From contig LBWJ01000009.1 in NCBI GenBank assembly GCA_000993595.1, positions 5,935 to 69,934 of the forward strand: a stretch of 64,000 bases of DNA, read 5' to 3'. The notes beneath the pieces are model-generated. The model made no database searches. It had not been told where the DNA came from and saw only the letters and a list, made by a program, of their open reading frames with translations. The position numbers and the translations under genes were made by a program. Shown here piece after piece: positions 37,777 to 47,800 of the stretch. Each line of letters begins with the position of its first letter. Position 1 is the first letter of the stretch. The DNA is from Candidatus Peregrinibacteria bacterium GW2011_GWC2_39_14. GTDB taxonomy: Bacteria > Patescibacteriota > Gracilibacteria > UBA1369 > UBA12463.

Positions 37777-39435
37777 TCATGGCTCAATCGCACCATCCAT
37801 CTCATTCATAAAACCCCATTCATTCCACTTCCAAATTCCCAAAGTCTTTGGCGTGCAATTTGGCAAATCCGAATAATCCCCTTCATACGTTACTAGCACC
37901 GGAAATTTTTCATTTGGCACGGTTTGAAATTCAAATGCGCAATTTGGTTTTGATAAATTTGATGACTGCCAAACGGCACTTATTTTTTTACCCTTATAAT
38001 CAAAAACAAAGAAATGATTGCGTACCGAAGGATCGTTTTTAGTCACCCAAAATGGCTTTGATGGGCCAAAATTTCCCGATTTCCAAACTGACATATTCAA
38101 GTCGGGAATGGAATCACCCGTGGAGTCCGCGATTTCGAAAGAATCCACAAACCAAACTTCCGACGACTGCCAAATTTGCTGTGAATTTTCCGAAACCGTT
38201 AATCTGCCATCCTTTAAATCGTATGTTTCTTTTACACCATCTTTATCCAAATCAAAATCTTTATGCGTTTTTTCATTGATAGCTAAAACCGTTGAAAAAA
38301 TGTTTGTTTTTTTGGTGTCGTAATAATGGTAGCCTTCCTGATTTATAAAAACCGAATCGGCATTTGTTTTTACGAAACGCGTTGAATTAAGCAAATTTTC
38401 TTTGTCTGCTGCGGAAAATAGGCGTGGCTGTGAATAATCCTCAATCAAAATCGGCTCAAAATTAATGGATGCAACGCCCGCTTTAGTAAAATCAATTTTT
38501 GCAGTTAGGCCCTCTCGAGTTTCCCGCGACCACATCTGATCAAATACAAAATTTCCAAGGCTATATAAAATATATTTTCCTTTATATTTTTCGACATCTT
38601 GAATCACGTGCGGATGGTGACCGATCACAATCTCTGCCCCGGCATCAATTGCGGCATGCGCAAAATTAACCTGCCTTGTGCTTGGATGCGGAACGTATTC
38701 AATTCCCGAATGCATTGAAACAATAACAAAATCCGCATTATTTTTCGCGTCTTTCACAGCTTTAATCATCTCATCTTCGTACATGGGATTCGTTCCTGCA
38801 TTTGTATCCCACGCAAAATAAGATTTTGGCACGACATCCAAATCATTATATGCGAGAAATGCGAATTTGAAGCCGTTTTTTTCGATATAAACAGGGGCGG
38901 CGGCTGCGGTTTTATTAAGCCCTGCACCTGCAAATTTCACACCCGCTTTATCCAAACTTTCAAAAGTATCTTTCAAACCTTTTTGTCCAAAATTCGGCGT
39001 GTGATTGTTTGCCAAAGATATAATTTCAAAGTTCATTTTCTTTAACACGGAAGCATTTTCGGGATCGGCTCTGAACGACATTTCGCCCGTGACCACAGGC
39101 CTTCCCGGCGTTATTGCAGTTTCAAGATTTCCAAATGCAAAATCCGCGCTCTTTAAATATTCCGCAGTCCTTAAAAATGGATATTCGTAATTTTTATTGG
39201 TACGCATTTTCTGATCCACAACGCGTGAAAGCATGATATCGCCAACCGCAATCATGGAAACTTTTTCAGGATTACTTGCGAGTTCGCGCGCTTCTTTAAA
39301 CTCCTTAAATTCATCTTTTAAAACTCCTTGTAGGGTAATTTTTTCGCGAACTTTCGGATATTTATAAGTGATTACGCCTGCACCAATCACAACTGCAATA
39401 GTTATAAGCGTAACCGCTATGAATTTTTTATACAT
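37777..39435 (-). CDS. CapA/PGA_cap family metallophosphatase-fold protein
   Basis: VGDIML, GNLET, LANNH, MHSGIE, GHHPHV, YSLGNFVFD. Confidence 0.92.
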   Translation of the reverse strand: MYKKFIAVTLITIAVVIGAGVITYKYPKVREKITLQGVLKDEFKEFKEARELASNPEKVSMIAVGDIMLSRVVDQKMRTNKNYEYPFLRTAEYLKSADFAFGNLETAITPGRPVVTGEMSFRADPENASVLKKMNFEIISLANNHTPNFGQKGLKDTFESLDKAGVKFAGAGLNKTAAAAPVYIEKNGFKFAFLAYNDLDVVPKSYFAWDTNAGTNPMYEDEMIKAVKDAKNNADFVIVSMHSGIEYVPHPSTRQVNFAHAAIDAGAEIVIGHHPHVIQDVEKYKGKYILYSLGNFVFDQMWSRETREGLTAKIDFTKAGVASINFEPILIEDYSQPRLFSAADKENLLNSTRFVKTNADSVFINQEGYHYYDTKKTNIFSTVLAINEKTHKDFDLDKDGVKETYDLKDGRLTVSENSQQIWQSSEVWFVDSFEIADSTGDSIPDLNMSVWKSGNFGPSKPFWVTKNDPSVRNHFFVFDYKGKKISAVWQSSNLSKPNCAFEFQTVPNEKFPVLVTYEGDYSDLPNCTPKTLGIWKWNEWGFMNEMDGAIEP

Positions 39436-39450
39436 ATTTTTTCAATCGAT

Positions 39451-41829
39451 TTACTGCTTTGATTTTCCAACGAATTCTTTTGTCCAAGCTGGTTGCTCAG
39501 GTGGAGTTTGTGGCTTAATTGACTCGTCTTCCGGGCCGTTTGGTTGATCGCCCATTCCCATAAGCGTTCTCCATTTTTTATCGGTCAAACGATCATTCAT
39601 TGGCCAAGTGAATTCATAATATGAATAAATTCCACCTCTTGTGAGTCTGAGCTTTCCGTCAATCGGCACAACCGCATAAATTGTGAAAATTCTGCCGGTG
39701 CCTTCTTCAAGCACACTTCCGTTTGGATCTGTTGCGACATCAGCAACAATTGCCGCAGGATTTTCATTTAAGAAAACGTCCCGGCTCATTTCCGCCATAT
39801 CTTCTTTGTTTACCTCATACCAAAAATGCTCGAGTTGTCCGCCATAAGATCTTATTAATTCATACTCCTCTTCCGTTAGCTGAACTTCTTTTAATTCTTT
39901 TTCTGAAATTGTTTTTAAAGATAATGCGAGCGTTTCCATTTTATTCAAGCTTTCAACCATTTCTGGACTAATAATTGCGCGCATACTCAAGCCTTTTTTC
40001 GTCATCTTCAAAAGTGATGCAAGTCTTGCGTATACATATGGATTTGGTTCGACATAACCGCGATCATCTTCTTTATTTTCTTCTCCACCGCCGCCACCAA
40101 GCTCTGCATAAACCTGCTTTGCATATAAAATCGTATCGTGTTTAAGCTCTGTCCAGCTTCCAAAATATGTATTCATTTCCTTTGCGACCCATGCCAAATT
40201 TGTCATGAATGAAGGATAGCCTTCGTTTTTTTCTGTTGTTAAAGGCAAGATCGAATACAACCATCCCCAATATAAATTCTGTGTCCAAATATCTTGCTTC
40301 AATCCCGCGACATATTCTTTCATCTTCTCCATATTATTTGTGTAGTTTGCGAATTCCGTATCTTTAGCTTCTTTAAGCAGGCTATAGGCGTATTTGGAAC
40401 CCATCGCCGCAGCTATATCAAGCGACTTCGGCAGCATTCTTTTTTCGCCCGCCGGATTTTGATCAACATCTCTATAAACTAATTTCTGAAAAATCGCGGC
40501 ATCAATTGTGAATCTCTGCCCCATAAATCTGAAACCTGAAATTTCCTTTTCTCTATCCGGCTGAATATCTGCATTGAAAATCGGCATTGAATTTATTTTT
40601 GGAGGTTCAAGGGTTTTGAGTGATTTTTTTACTGATGCAAATTTGTCTTTATCTTGCGCGATTATTTTTACATCCGGATTTTTACCATAAACCTGCTCAA
40701 CAATATCTATCACTTGATAATATGTGACATCATCACTTTTTCCGACAAAGAACGATGTTGGCTCATAAATTTTATCCCATGGTTTTTTGTTTTCATCTTT
40801 ATCTAAAGCCAAAACAATGAGTATTGCGGATCTGATTTCATCATCACTTTTAAAGCGGAATGTGAGTCTTCCATACCACATCATTGATTTAAAATACGCT
40901 TTTAATAATTCCGTTTTATCATAATGTCCGCGTGGAATATATTGAGTATAATCTTCTTTTAATTGATCAACTGAAAGCGGACCTTGTGGCGAATTTGAAA
41001 GCTCTCCCGGCTTTGTTCCAATGTTCATTACAGGCGATTCCTTAATCCCTTCATGCTTATCGATGAATGCGAGCTCCGCATTAACTTCATTCGCAACTGC
41101 GCTTGGAATTTGAGTTGCAGAATCCATCAATTTTCCGCCAACCGCAAAAAATCCCATGTTTCTTTTTGATGCGTTTTCAAAATCCGATCCTGCAAGTAAT
41201 TCGCCTTGTGCAAGCGATTCTTTAAGCATCCCTGCATTCAATGTTTTTAATTCCGTTGCAAGATATTTTTCTTCGAGTTGCTTTAGAAGATGGTCAAAAA
41301 GTAAATGATAAGTGTGCAAGATCGAATCCGTTGTTACAAAGCTTGGCGTTTGATTGTATCTATTTTGCTCATAAATACTAAAAAATTCCTTGTAGTAAGA
41401 ATAATTGGCGACGAATGCGTTTTTAACCATCATAGCTTTTGAGTCATCTGTCATATATTCCACGTCTCCTTTTAAAGCTTTATTTATCGCAACATTGGAA
41501 AAATCAGTTGAGACTTTATATGGCTTAACAGCAGGCGTCACATCAACTTTAACCTCTTCATAATCTGCAAAATTTTGTGCACCCGCAAGTGCCGGTTTAA
41601 AAATTTGACCCGCGGTTTCATCAATTGGTTGCGGGATATTGTCCGTTGGCGCCGGTTTTAGATATTTAAAATATGCAAATGCCGCACCAAGGCCGATTAT
41701 AACAACTAAAAGCCCTATAATAATCCATTTTAAAGCGCCTGATTTTGGCGAATCTGAAGGCGTTTGTGGCGTTTGCGAATTCTGCGAGGCAGGATTTTGT
41801 GTCGGCGTGTTGTTGTTTTGGTTTTCCAT
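39451..41829 (-). CDS. DUF3160 family membrane-anchored protein
   Basis: FVTTDSILH, YIPRGHY, FRFMGQRF, WTELKHDTILYAKQ, GYVEP, SYYEF. Confidence 0.88.
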   Translation of the reverse strand: MENQNNNTPTQNPASQNSQTPQTPSDSPKSGALKWIIIGLLVVIIGLGAAFAYFKYLKPAPTDNIPQPIDETAGQIFKPALAGAQNFADYEEVKVDVTPAVKPYKVSTDFSNVAINKALKGDVEYMTDDSKAMMVKNAFVANYSYYKEFFSIYEQNRYNQTPSFVTTDSILHTYHLLFDHLLKQLEEKYLATELKTLNAGMLKESLAQGELLAGSDFENASKRNMGFFAVGGKLMDSATQIPSAVANEVNAELAFIDKHEGIKESPVMNIGTKPGELSNSPQGPLSVDQLKEDYTQYIPRGHYDKTELLKAYFKSMMWYGRLTFRFKSDDEIRSAILIVLALDKDENKKPWDKIYEPTSFFVGKSDDVTYYQVIDIVEQVYGKNPDVKIIAQDKDKFASVKKSLKTLEPPKINSMPIFNADIQPDREKEISGFRFMGQRFTIDAAIFQKLVYRDVDQNPAGEKRMLPKSLDIAAAMGSKYAYSLLKEAKDTEFANYTNNMEKMKEYVAGLKQDIWTQNLYWGWLYSILPLTTEKNEGYPSFMTNLAWVAKEMNTYFGSWTELKHDTILYAKQVYAELGGGGGEENKEDDRGYVEPNPYVYARLASLLKMTKKGLSMRAIISPEMVESLNKMETLALSLKTISEKELKEVQLTEEEYELIRSYGGQLEHFWYEVNKEDMAEMSRDVFLNENPAAIVADVATDPNGSVLEEGTGRIFTIYAVVPIDGKLRLTRGGIYSYYEFTWPMNDRLTDKKWRTLMGMGDQPNGPEDESIKPQTPPEQPAWTKEFVGKSKQ

Positions 41830-41902
41830 TATTAAAAAAGTTAGTTGGTTATATATAAAATACTATATTCGACGACTTCCTCCAAATAACTTTTTGCGTT
41901 TT

Positions 41903-42655
41903 TTATTTCGCAGGAACTTCCGGTTCTGCCGGTTTTTCTGCCGCAACAACCGGGGCCGTTTCTGGAGCTGCTTCCGCGACTGCCACTGGAGCTGCTTCCA
42001 CAACTGCCGGCGTTTCTTCAACCACAGGCGCAACAGGTGGAACGACTTTTTCTCCTGATTTTTTCTTATCTATAGCATCGATAATAAATGTTCGCATTGC
42101 CTCTGCGGATCCCTTTGTTAAGCCATCAATGTGAGGTTCAACTTCCGAATAAGTAACGCTTGAAAAATGCAAATCCTGTAAGCCGAAAAGTTTATCTATG
42201 AAGTCCTGATTGATAAAAACATCTTGAATGTGCTCATATGGAATCGCTATTTCGTTCTGCGTAACTGCGCCTTTTCTAATCATTATGCATTCGGCTGTAA
42301 AATCGTAAAAATATTTACCAAAATATCTTTTTTGATAAAAATAAACCGCTGCAAAAATAACGATTGCGACGATAAATATACCAAAACTAAGCAATCCAAG
42401 GATCAAGCCAAGGTATTTTATTTTTGAACCGACTGAAGCGATAATCGGAAGCACGATACCGCCAAAAAGAAATAAAATAAGAATTGCGAGACCGGCGTAT
42501 TTAACAGTCTTCTTCATTATCTTCTTTGTACTAAGCGGAAAAGCCGCTCTTGTTGGACTCATATCAACTTCCATTCCGGGAATTTTTGGCAAATCAACTG
42601 GCAATTTAATGTCGGGCATTTTAATGTCAGGCATTTTGATTTTTGGGGTTTCCAT
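41903..42655 (-). CDS. bPH_2 (YdbS-like) membrane protein
   Basis: Two TM, IRKG...IPYEHIQDV...FGL; IKMPD N-terminal repeats. Confidence 0.8.
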   Translation of the reverse strand: METPKIKMPDIKMPDIKLPVDLPKIPGMEVDMSPTRAAFPLSTKKIMKKTVKYAGLAILILFLFGGIVLPIIASVGSKIKYLGLILGLLSFGIFIVAIVIFAAVYFYQKRYFGKYFYDFTAECIMIRKGAVTQNEIAIPYEHIQDVFINQDFIDKLFGLQDLHFSSVTYSEVEPHIDGLTKGSAEAMRTFIIDAIDKKKSGEKVVPPVAPVVEETPAVVEAAPVAVAEAAPETAPVVAAEKPAEPEVPAK

Positions 42656-42729
42656 ATAAAAATTTTATTAACAAAAATAGAACTTAACTGGAATTGTAAG
42701 TTAAAATGGACAATAAATCAAATTTGCTA

Positions 42730-44304
42730 TTAAAACTTCTTGAATGAGCGCTTGAAGCTTTGGCCCGGGCGTGAAAAACTTCGCCTTGGATGTGGTGAGC
42801 CGCCTTGAGACGGGCGCGGTGATCCTTGGCCTGGACGAGCTGAGCTTTGACCTGAATGTGCCGAACCTTGGCTTGGTCGTGGTGCGCCATAATGTGGGCG
42901 TGACGATCCTTGCGCGGAGCGTTGTTCGCCTTGTGCCGGTCGTGATGGTCCATAGCCTGAGCGTGAAAAACTTGGTTTTTTATAACCGGAACGTTGTGCT
43001 GGGCGTGAAGAACCATAGCCTGAACGTTGCGGATATGATGAAGTGTTTTGTGGGTGAGTTGGAACGTGATGTGAACGTGGCGCATGTTGTTGCGGATGTG
43101 GCGCTGATTGCGCCGGTGCGCTTACGCTATGCATTGCCGGGCGTTCTTGTCCCAGTGAAGGCGTAAAAGCGAGCGGATGCTGCAAAACATTTATTCTTAT
43201 TTTCATCAATCTTTCAATCTGATAAACCTTTCCGCGCTGATCTGTTGTGGCGAATGAAATTGCACGACCTTCAAGGCCCGCGCGTGCAGTTCTACCAATT
43301 CTGTGTATGTAATCTTCCGCATCGTCCGGAATATCAAAATTAACAACCAATTCAATTTCTTCAACGTCAATTCCGCGGGACGCGACATCGGTTGCAACAA
43401 GAATGCGATATCTGCCGGATTTGAAGCCTGCAAGCGCTTCTCTTCTTTGACCGAGTGATTTATTTGAATGAATTTCTTTTGCTTTATGGCCCATCAACTG
43501 GATTGATTTGCATATTTTTTGAGCACCAAATTTTGTGCGGGAAAAAACCAAAACAGAACCTTTAAAATCTTTTAACAACTCTTCAAGAAGGCGAATTTTT
43601 TGATCTTTTTTAACGTAATATAAATCTTGTTTAACTTTATCCGCGACTGATCCATGGCGCGCAACCTCAATTCGAATCGGATTTTTCGTATAACGAGTAA
43701 CAAGCGATGTCACGGTGCTTGGCATTGTCGCAGAAAATAACATTGTCTGCCTTTCTGTTGGCAAATGCTCAAGAATTTGTTTTATTTGAGGCGCAAAACC
43801 CATATCAAACATACGGTCCGCTTCATCCAAAACAAGTATATTAAAATCCTTAAGATTAATTGTTCTGTGTTCGATGTGATCGATAATACGACCGGGCGTA
43901 CCAATAATAACTTCCGGTCTTCTGCGAAGCTGTTGCATCTGGCCGCTTATATGTACGCCTCCAATCAAAATCGCGCCGCGAATATCAAAAGGTAGCGCAA
44001 ATTTTTGGATTGTTTCGCCAACCTGAATTGCGAGCTCTCTTGTTGGAACAATAACAATCGCCTGGCGATTGCCAATTTTTGCATTAACAATTTGATGAAT
44101 GATTGGAATCGCAAATGCAAGAGTTTTGCCTGTGCCTGTTTGAGCTATTCCAACGATGTCTTTACCCTCAATTCCAATTGGAATCGCTTTTTCTTGAATA
44201 GGCGTTGGGTGCTCAAACTTCAAACGATTTAATGTTTGCAAAATCTTTGAGTCCATACCCATTTCTGAAAATTTTGCTTTTGTTTCTATTGGTTGTAAGT
44301 GCAT
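42730..44304 (-). CDS. DEAD-box RNA helicase with low-complexity tail
   Basis: AQTGTGKT, PTRELA, DEAD, SAT, HRIGRTAR; promoter TTGACA(44336-41)-17-TAAAAT(44313-18). Confidence 0.96.
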   Translation of the reverse strand: MHLQPIETKAKFSEMGMDSKILQTLNRLKFEHPTPIQEKAIPIGIEGKDIVGIAQTGTGKTLAFAIPIIHQIVNAKIGNRQAIVIVPTRELAIQVGETIQKFALPFDIRGAILIGGVHISGQMQQLRRRPEVIIGTPGRIIDHIEHRTINLKDFNILVLDEADRMFDMGFAPQIKQILEHLPTERQTMLFSATMPSTVTSLVTRYTKNPIRIEVARHGSVADKVKQDLYYVKKDQKIRLLEELLKDFKGSVLVFSRTKFGAQKICKSIQLMGHKAKEIHSNKSLGQRREALAGFKSGRYRILVATDVASRGIDVEEIELVVNFDIPDDAEDYIHRIGRTARAGLEGRAISFATTDQRGKVYQIERLMKIRINVLQHPLAFTPSLGQERPAMHSVSAPAQSAPHPQQHAPRSHHVPTHPQNTSSYPQRSGYGSSRPAQRSGYKKPSFSRSGYGPSRPAQGEQRSAQGSSRPHYGAPRPSQGSAHSGQSSARPGQGSPRPSQGGSPHPRRSFSRPGQSFKRSFKKF

Positions 44305-44365
44305 AGACGATTATTTTACTGAGAAAATTCGAGGATGTCAAGGTGAAAGCCCAAAGCCCGCCTTT

Positions 44366-45259
44366 TTAAGGCTGAAACAACTCCTCGGGCCATGGCTTTA
44401 CGGACACGACTCCCGGGAATTGCTTTGCGGTTTCTGATATTTGAGACCATAAAATGCCGATGCGACATGATCCTCCGCCGGATTTATTATAAGGATCTGC
44501 AAAGGTCAACGTGAGAACTCCGCTATTAAGAGACGCCGCTTTTAATTCAAATCCTTGCAATGGGTATTCCGTCGTAATTCCTTGCGCTTTTTCCGCTGTT
44601 GTTAGCTCCCCTTTGAGAAGCAATTTTATCGTATCTTGAATTGGAGTTTTTGTTATATCAATCTTTCTTTGAACCGGGACGAGTCCTTGTTTTGTACACA
44701 TCAAGTTCCCTGTTCCGTCTTTGTCTTTTGACGGGCTGTAATAATATAATAAAACCGTTTGCTGAGCGGGCGCGCTCAATTCGAATTTTACAGGGACTCT
44801 AAGCTCGTCGTCATATTCAGCCAAGCCGGATGGATTATCTTTTTGAAAAATCAAAGTTCCGGTTGCGACTTGTGGTGCTGATCCTTCTGCCAATTTTGGC
44901 ACTGTAAATTCCATTTGTGCTTCAAAAGGTACAAAACTTTCCGTCATCCAATCTGAAGTTGCTTTTGCGATTGCTACACCAATTTGTTTCCCGTTTGCAT
45001 CCACCAATTTTATCGGGAAAGAAGCTTCAAAAAACCATGTACCACGAGCTTGGCCTTTAATATTAAAAGAACTTTTTATAACGCTGTTTGGTGTTGGCTC
45101 TGTGACGCGGATTAAATCGGATTTGTCGGTGATGATAACCGGGTCTTTAACAATCGGATCTTTGCCGCCGTATTTATCTTCATAAATATAAATCCCGCCG
45201 ATAACAACTAAAACGAGGATCACCAAAAGTAGAATCTTGACCAAAAGAGAATTTTTCAT
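44366..45259 (-). CDS. Gmad2 Ig-like + GerMN domain membrane-anchored protein
   Basis: GQARGTWFFEASFP, DNPSGL; SCR...QISETAKQFPGV; ATG 45259 preferred. Confidence 0.85.
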   Translation of the reverse strand: MKNSLLVKILLLVILVLVVIGGIYIYEDKYGGKDPIVKDPVIITDKSDLIRVTEPTPNSVIKSSFNIKGQARGTWFFEASFPIKLVDANGKQIGVAIAKATSDWMTESFVPFEAQMEFTVPKLAEGSAPQVATGTLIFQKDNPSGLAEYDDELRVPVKFELSAPAQQTVLLYYYSPSKDKDGTGNLMCTKQGLVPVQRKIDITKTPIQDTIKLLLKGELTTAEKAQGITTEYPLQGFELKAASLNSGVLTLTFADPYNKSGGGSCRIGILWSQISETAKQFPGVVSVKPWPEELFQP

Positions 45260-45330
45260 GATATAAAAGGTTAGCTTATGGCTATAGTGTAGCACAAAAA
45301 TAGCCCTTTAAGGGTTTGCCCTTACGGGGC

Positions 45331-45424
45331 GCTTTTTAAATCCGTATGCAAATTATATCAAAGTGATATAAATCTTATGTATTTCTTATATATAAATGAT
45401 ATAAAACGTATACGGCTTTAGAAA
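45331..45424. repeat. 94-bp palindromic element, copy 1
   Basis: 93/94 identical to 47494-47587; 28-bp imperfect inverted arms. Confidence 0.95.
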
Positions 45425-45529
45425 AACGATAATGGACGGACGACACAAGGGCTTCGTCTCACTAATTTGCATTTGTAACAGAAATGATGGAATTTTATAT
45501 ATTTTCTATATAAATTACACATTCATTAT

Positions 45530-46459
45530 GTGCCGGTATACAAAAGAAGTATGAATCATCAAGCCATCCCCGTGCCTTCGCTGGAATTTCAGTTAACTGA
45601 TACGTGCCAGAATAACTGCGGATTCTGCGCGAATGGCGACAGTCCTTCAAAAAAACAATCACTCTCGCCGGAACTACTGCAAGAAACATTCCGCAGGATG
45701 CGTCCCGAATCTGTGATTTTTAGTGGCGGCGAGCCAACTATACGCATGGATTTGCTTGCTCCTTATATCCGTGCGGCACGTGCGGCCGAAGTAAAAACTG
45801 TAAAAATCAATACCAATCTGGAGCTGTTGGACCCGGAGCGACTCATGCAATTGGAAGATGCGGGACTCAATATTGTTCACTTCGCGCTCAATACTCTCGA
45901 GCCGGAGCAACATCGTAATTTACGCGGCAATCCGCACGCTGAAGTGACTCGTGTACTTGAAAATATTCATGTTATTTTGGAGCAAACGCGACTGAAATTA
46001 AAGCCCGAATTCGTATGCATGCACGAAACTGTAGAAAATTTTTGGGATGTATACGACTACCTTAATGATCTTCACGTAGCGCACCCCGGGCGTTTTGAAA
46101 CTATCGAATTACAACGTTTGATTCTTTTGGGCAGGGCATGCGATGCCTCAGCTCCGAAAACTTCAGAAATAGCTGAGATTATAAGCAGAAGAACTCTTGG
46201 AGCATTACAAGTTGATGCGCTTTGTTTTGGTCAAGAGGGAGCGCAGTTTGCGCCTTATGGCATACATGTGTTTCCGTGCTATAATCCCGCGAATTGCGGT
46301 TGCAGTCCCGTGCGAGTTGACGTGAATGGAGGTGTCTCCAAAACTAATTTTGCCGGCTTGCAGGCGGATTTCAATATAATGAATGTACCTGACGGCGGCA
46401 TAGAGAGATTATTGTCATCTCCATGCTCCGCTTCGCTTAAGGCGTGTGCAAAGGTATGA
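45530..46459 (+). CDS. Radical SAM protein
   Basis: CQNNCGFC, FSGGEPT, INTN; Cys-rich C-terminus; the start may be ATG 45551. Confidence 0.88.
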   Translation: MPVYKRSMNHQAIPVPSLEFQLTDTCQNNCGFCANGDSPSKKQSLSPELLQETFRRMRPESVIFSGGEPTIRMDLLAPYIRAARAAEVKTVKINTNLELLDPERLMQLEDAGLNIVHFALNTLEPEQHRNLRGNPHAEVTRVLENIHVILEQTRLKLKPEFVCMHETVENFWDVYDYLNDLHVAHPGRFETIELQRLILLGRACDASAPKTSEIAEIISRRTLGALQVDALCFGQEGAQFAPYGIHVFPCYNPANCGCSPVRVDVNGGVSKTNFAGLQADFNIMNVPDGGIERLLSSPCSASLKACAKV

Positions 46460-46485
46460 TCAATGAAATCGGAACCGAATTTCAA

Positions 46486-47364
46486 TTAAGCCACTTTTGA
46501 TATTTTCCATACACCTTTTTCTCTGAAAGCCGGAATGGTTTGACGATGAGCCGCGTTCAAAAGAGCGGAAAGGGATTTTTTAGTTGATTTTGCATAATCT
46601 GCAAGTTTGATAATTTCTTCGCCCTTCATATAAGTAATCCTTTTATGCATTGATTCCATTGCTGCCAAAGCTATTATTCGTTCCATGATTTTTGCGTCCT
46701 TTTTTTCATCATAAGCCCTGAAGGCTTTGTAATATTCCTGCTTTTCTTTATTACGAATAATGATTGGTGGCAAGCCTAAACTTTGAAACTGACAATTTAT
46801 CAAAACGCGTCCCATCCTACCATTGCCATCAATAAAAGGATGTGTATGTTCAAATTCCAAATGAAAACACGCAATTTTATCTAAATAATAAGTGTCATTA
46901 TCTGATAAATATTGAAGGATATTTGTTTCGACTAATCTTTCAATATGCTCAGGCGGAGGCGCAATGTAACTCCCAACGCGCACATATTCTCCGGATCGGC
47001 GGAACCTACCCGCTATATCATCATTGATATTGCTAATTAACATTCTATGAAGTAGCAGTATTGTTTCTTTATTAAGCGTGAATTCTCTGGATTTTCCCCT
47101 AATGTATTCCACTACCCTTGCGAGATTCTTGGCTTCAAATACTTCTCGAAGTGAAACGTTGCGAGAGATTTCCATTTCAAGCAGAATTTTTTCGGTTTCC
47201 TTGAGCGTTAGAGTAGAATTTTCGATTGCATTAGAGTTGTAGACACTTTCCGAAATCTCAGCCTCGTCAATCATTTGCAAAAGAGACTCTTTGCCTTGGC
47301 GCAAAGCCTCATAAGCTTCCCTTAAAGTTTTGATTCTATTACGGATAGTAATAATTGTTGTCAT
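46486..47364 (-). CDS. Fic family protein
   Basis: HPFIDGNGRMGR catalytic motif; N-terminal SNAIEN inhibitory motif. Confidence 0.95.
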   Translation of the reverse strand: MTTIITIRNRIKTLREAYEALRQGKESLLQMIDEAEISESVYNSNAIENSTLTLKETEKILLEMEISRNVSLREVFEAKNLARVVEYIRGKSREFTLNKETILLLHRMLISNINDDIAGRFRRSGEYVRVGSYIAPPPEHIERLVETNILQYLSDNDTYYLDKIACFHLEFEHTHPFIDGNGRMGRVLINCQFQSLGLPPIIIRNKEKQEYYKAFRAYDEKKDAKIMERIIALAAMESMHKRITYMKGEEIIKLADYAKSTKKSLSALLNAAHRQTIPAFREKGVWKISKVA

Positions 47365-47370
47365 GCTTCC

Positions 47371-47440
47371 ATTATATAGAATTCACGGATCTTTGTCAAT
47401 ATCCCGTGAATTTGTATCGTTCCTGTGGATAATTCACGGA
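47371..47440 (-). promoter_or_regulatory. Fic promoter with three AATTCACGG boxes
   Basis: TTGACA(47394-99)-17-TATAAT(47371-76); AATTCACGG at 47380 and 47431, inverted copy at 47404-12. Confidence 0.75.
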
Positions 47441-47493
47441 TACGATAAAAATTACGACGAAAAGAACCCTCTAAGGTTTTATCCTTATGAAGT

Positions 47494-47587
47494 GCTTTTT
47501 AAATCCATATGCAAATTATATCAAAGTGATATAAATCTTATGTATTTCTTATATATAAATGATATAAAACGTATACGGCTTTAGAAA
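47494..47587. repeat. 94-bp palindromic element, copy 2
   Basis: Direct repeat of 45331-45424 with one substitution (G45344/A47507). Confidence 0.95.
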
Positions 47588-47668
47588 GAAGAGTCTCAAA
47601 GTTTAAATGTGAAATTCTAAATTTTCAAATTTCAAGCAGAAGAGACCCTGCGCTAAGCTTCGGGTCTG

Positions 47669-47743
47669 TGGAGCGGGTAGCGGGAATCGAACCCGCGTCT
47701 ACTCCTTGGAAGAGAGTCATAATAGCCATTATACTATACCCGC
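47669..47743 (-). tRNA. tRNA-Gly(TCC)
   Basis: GCGGGTA/TACCCGC-T-CCA, anticodon loop CTTCCAA, GGTTCGATTCC; hairpin AGACCC...GGGTCT just downstream. Confidence 0.96.
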
Positions 47744-47800
47744 GCAAAAGGAGTTGCAGAAAGTATTATAAGCAAATAAGTAAAAAGTGCAAAGAAAAAA

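Noticed and set aside
45530..46459. Prokaryotic viperin
   Set aside because: Lacks the N-x-H before CxxxCxxC and the SYxxxD-type C-terminal motif
30678..47743. Genetic code 25 (TGA=Gly) with a tRNA-Gly(TCA)
   Set aside because: The anticodons are CCC and TCC; long genes lack in-frame TGA and several end naturally in TGA (hsdS, MNT, CapA)
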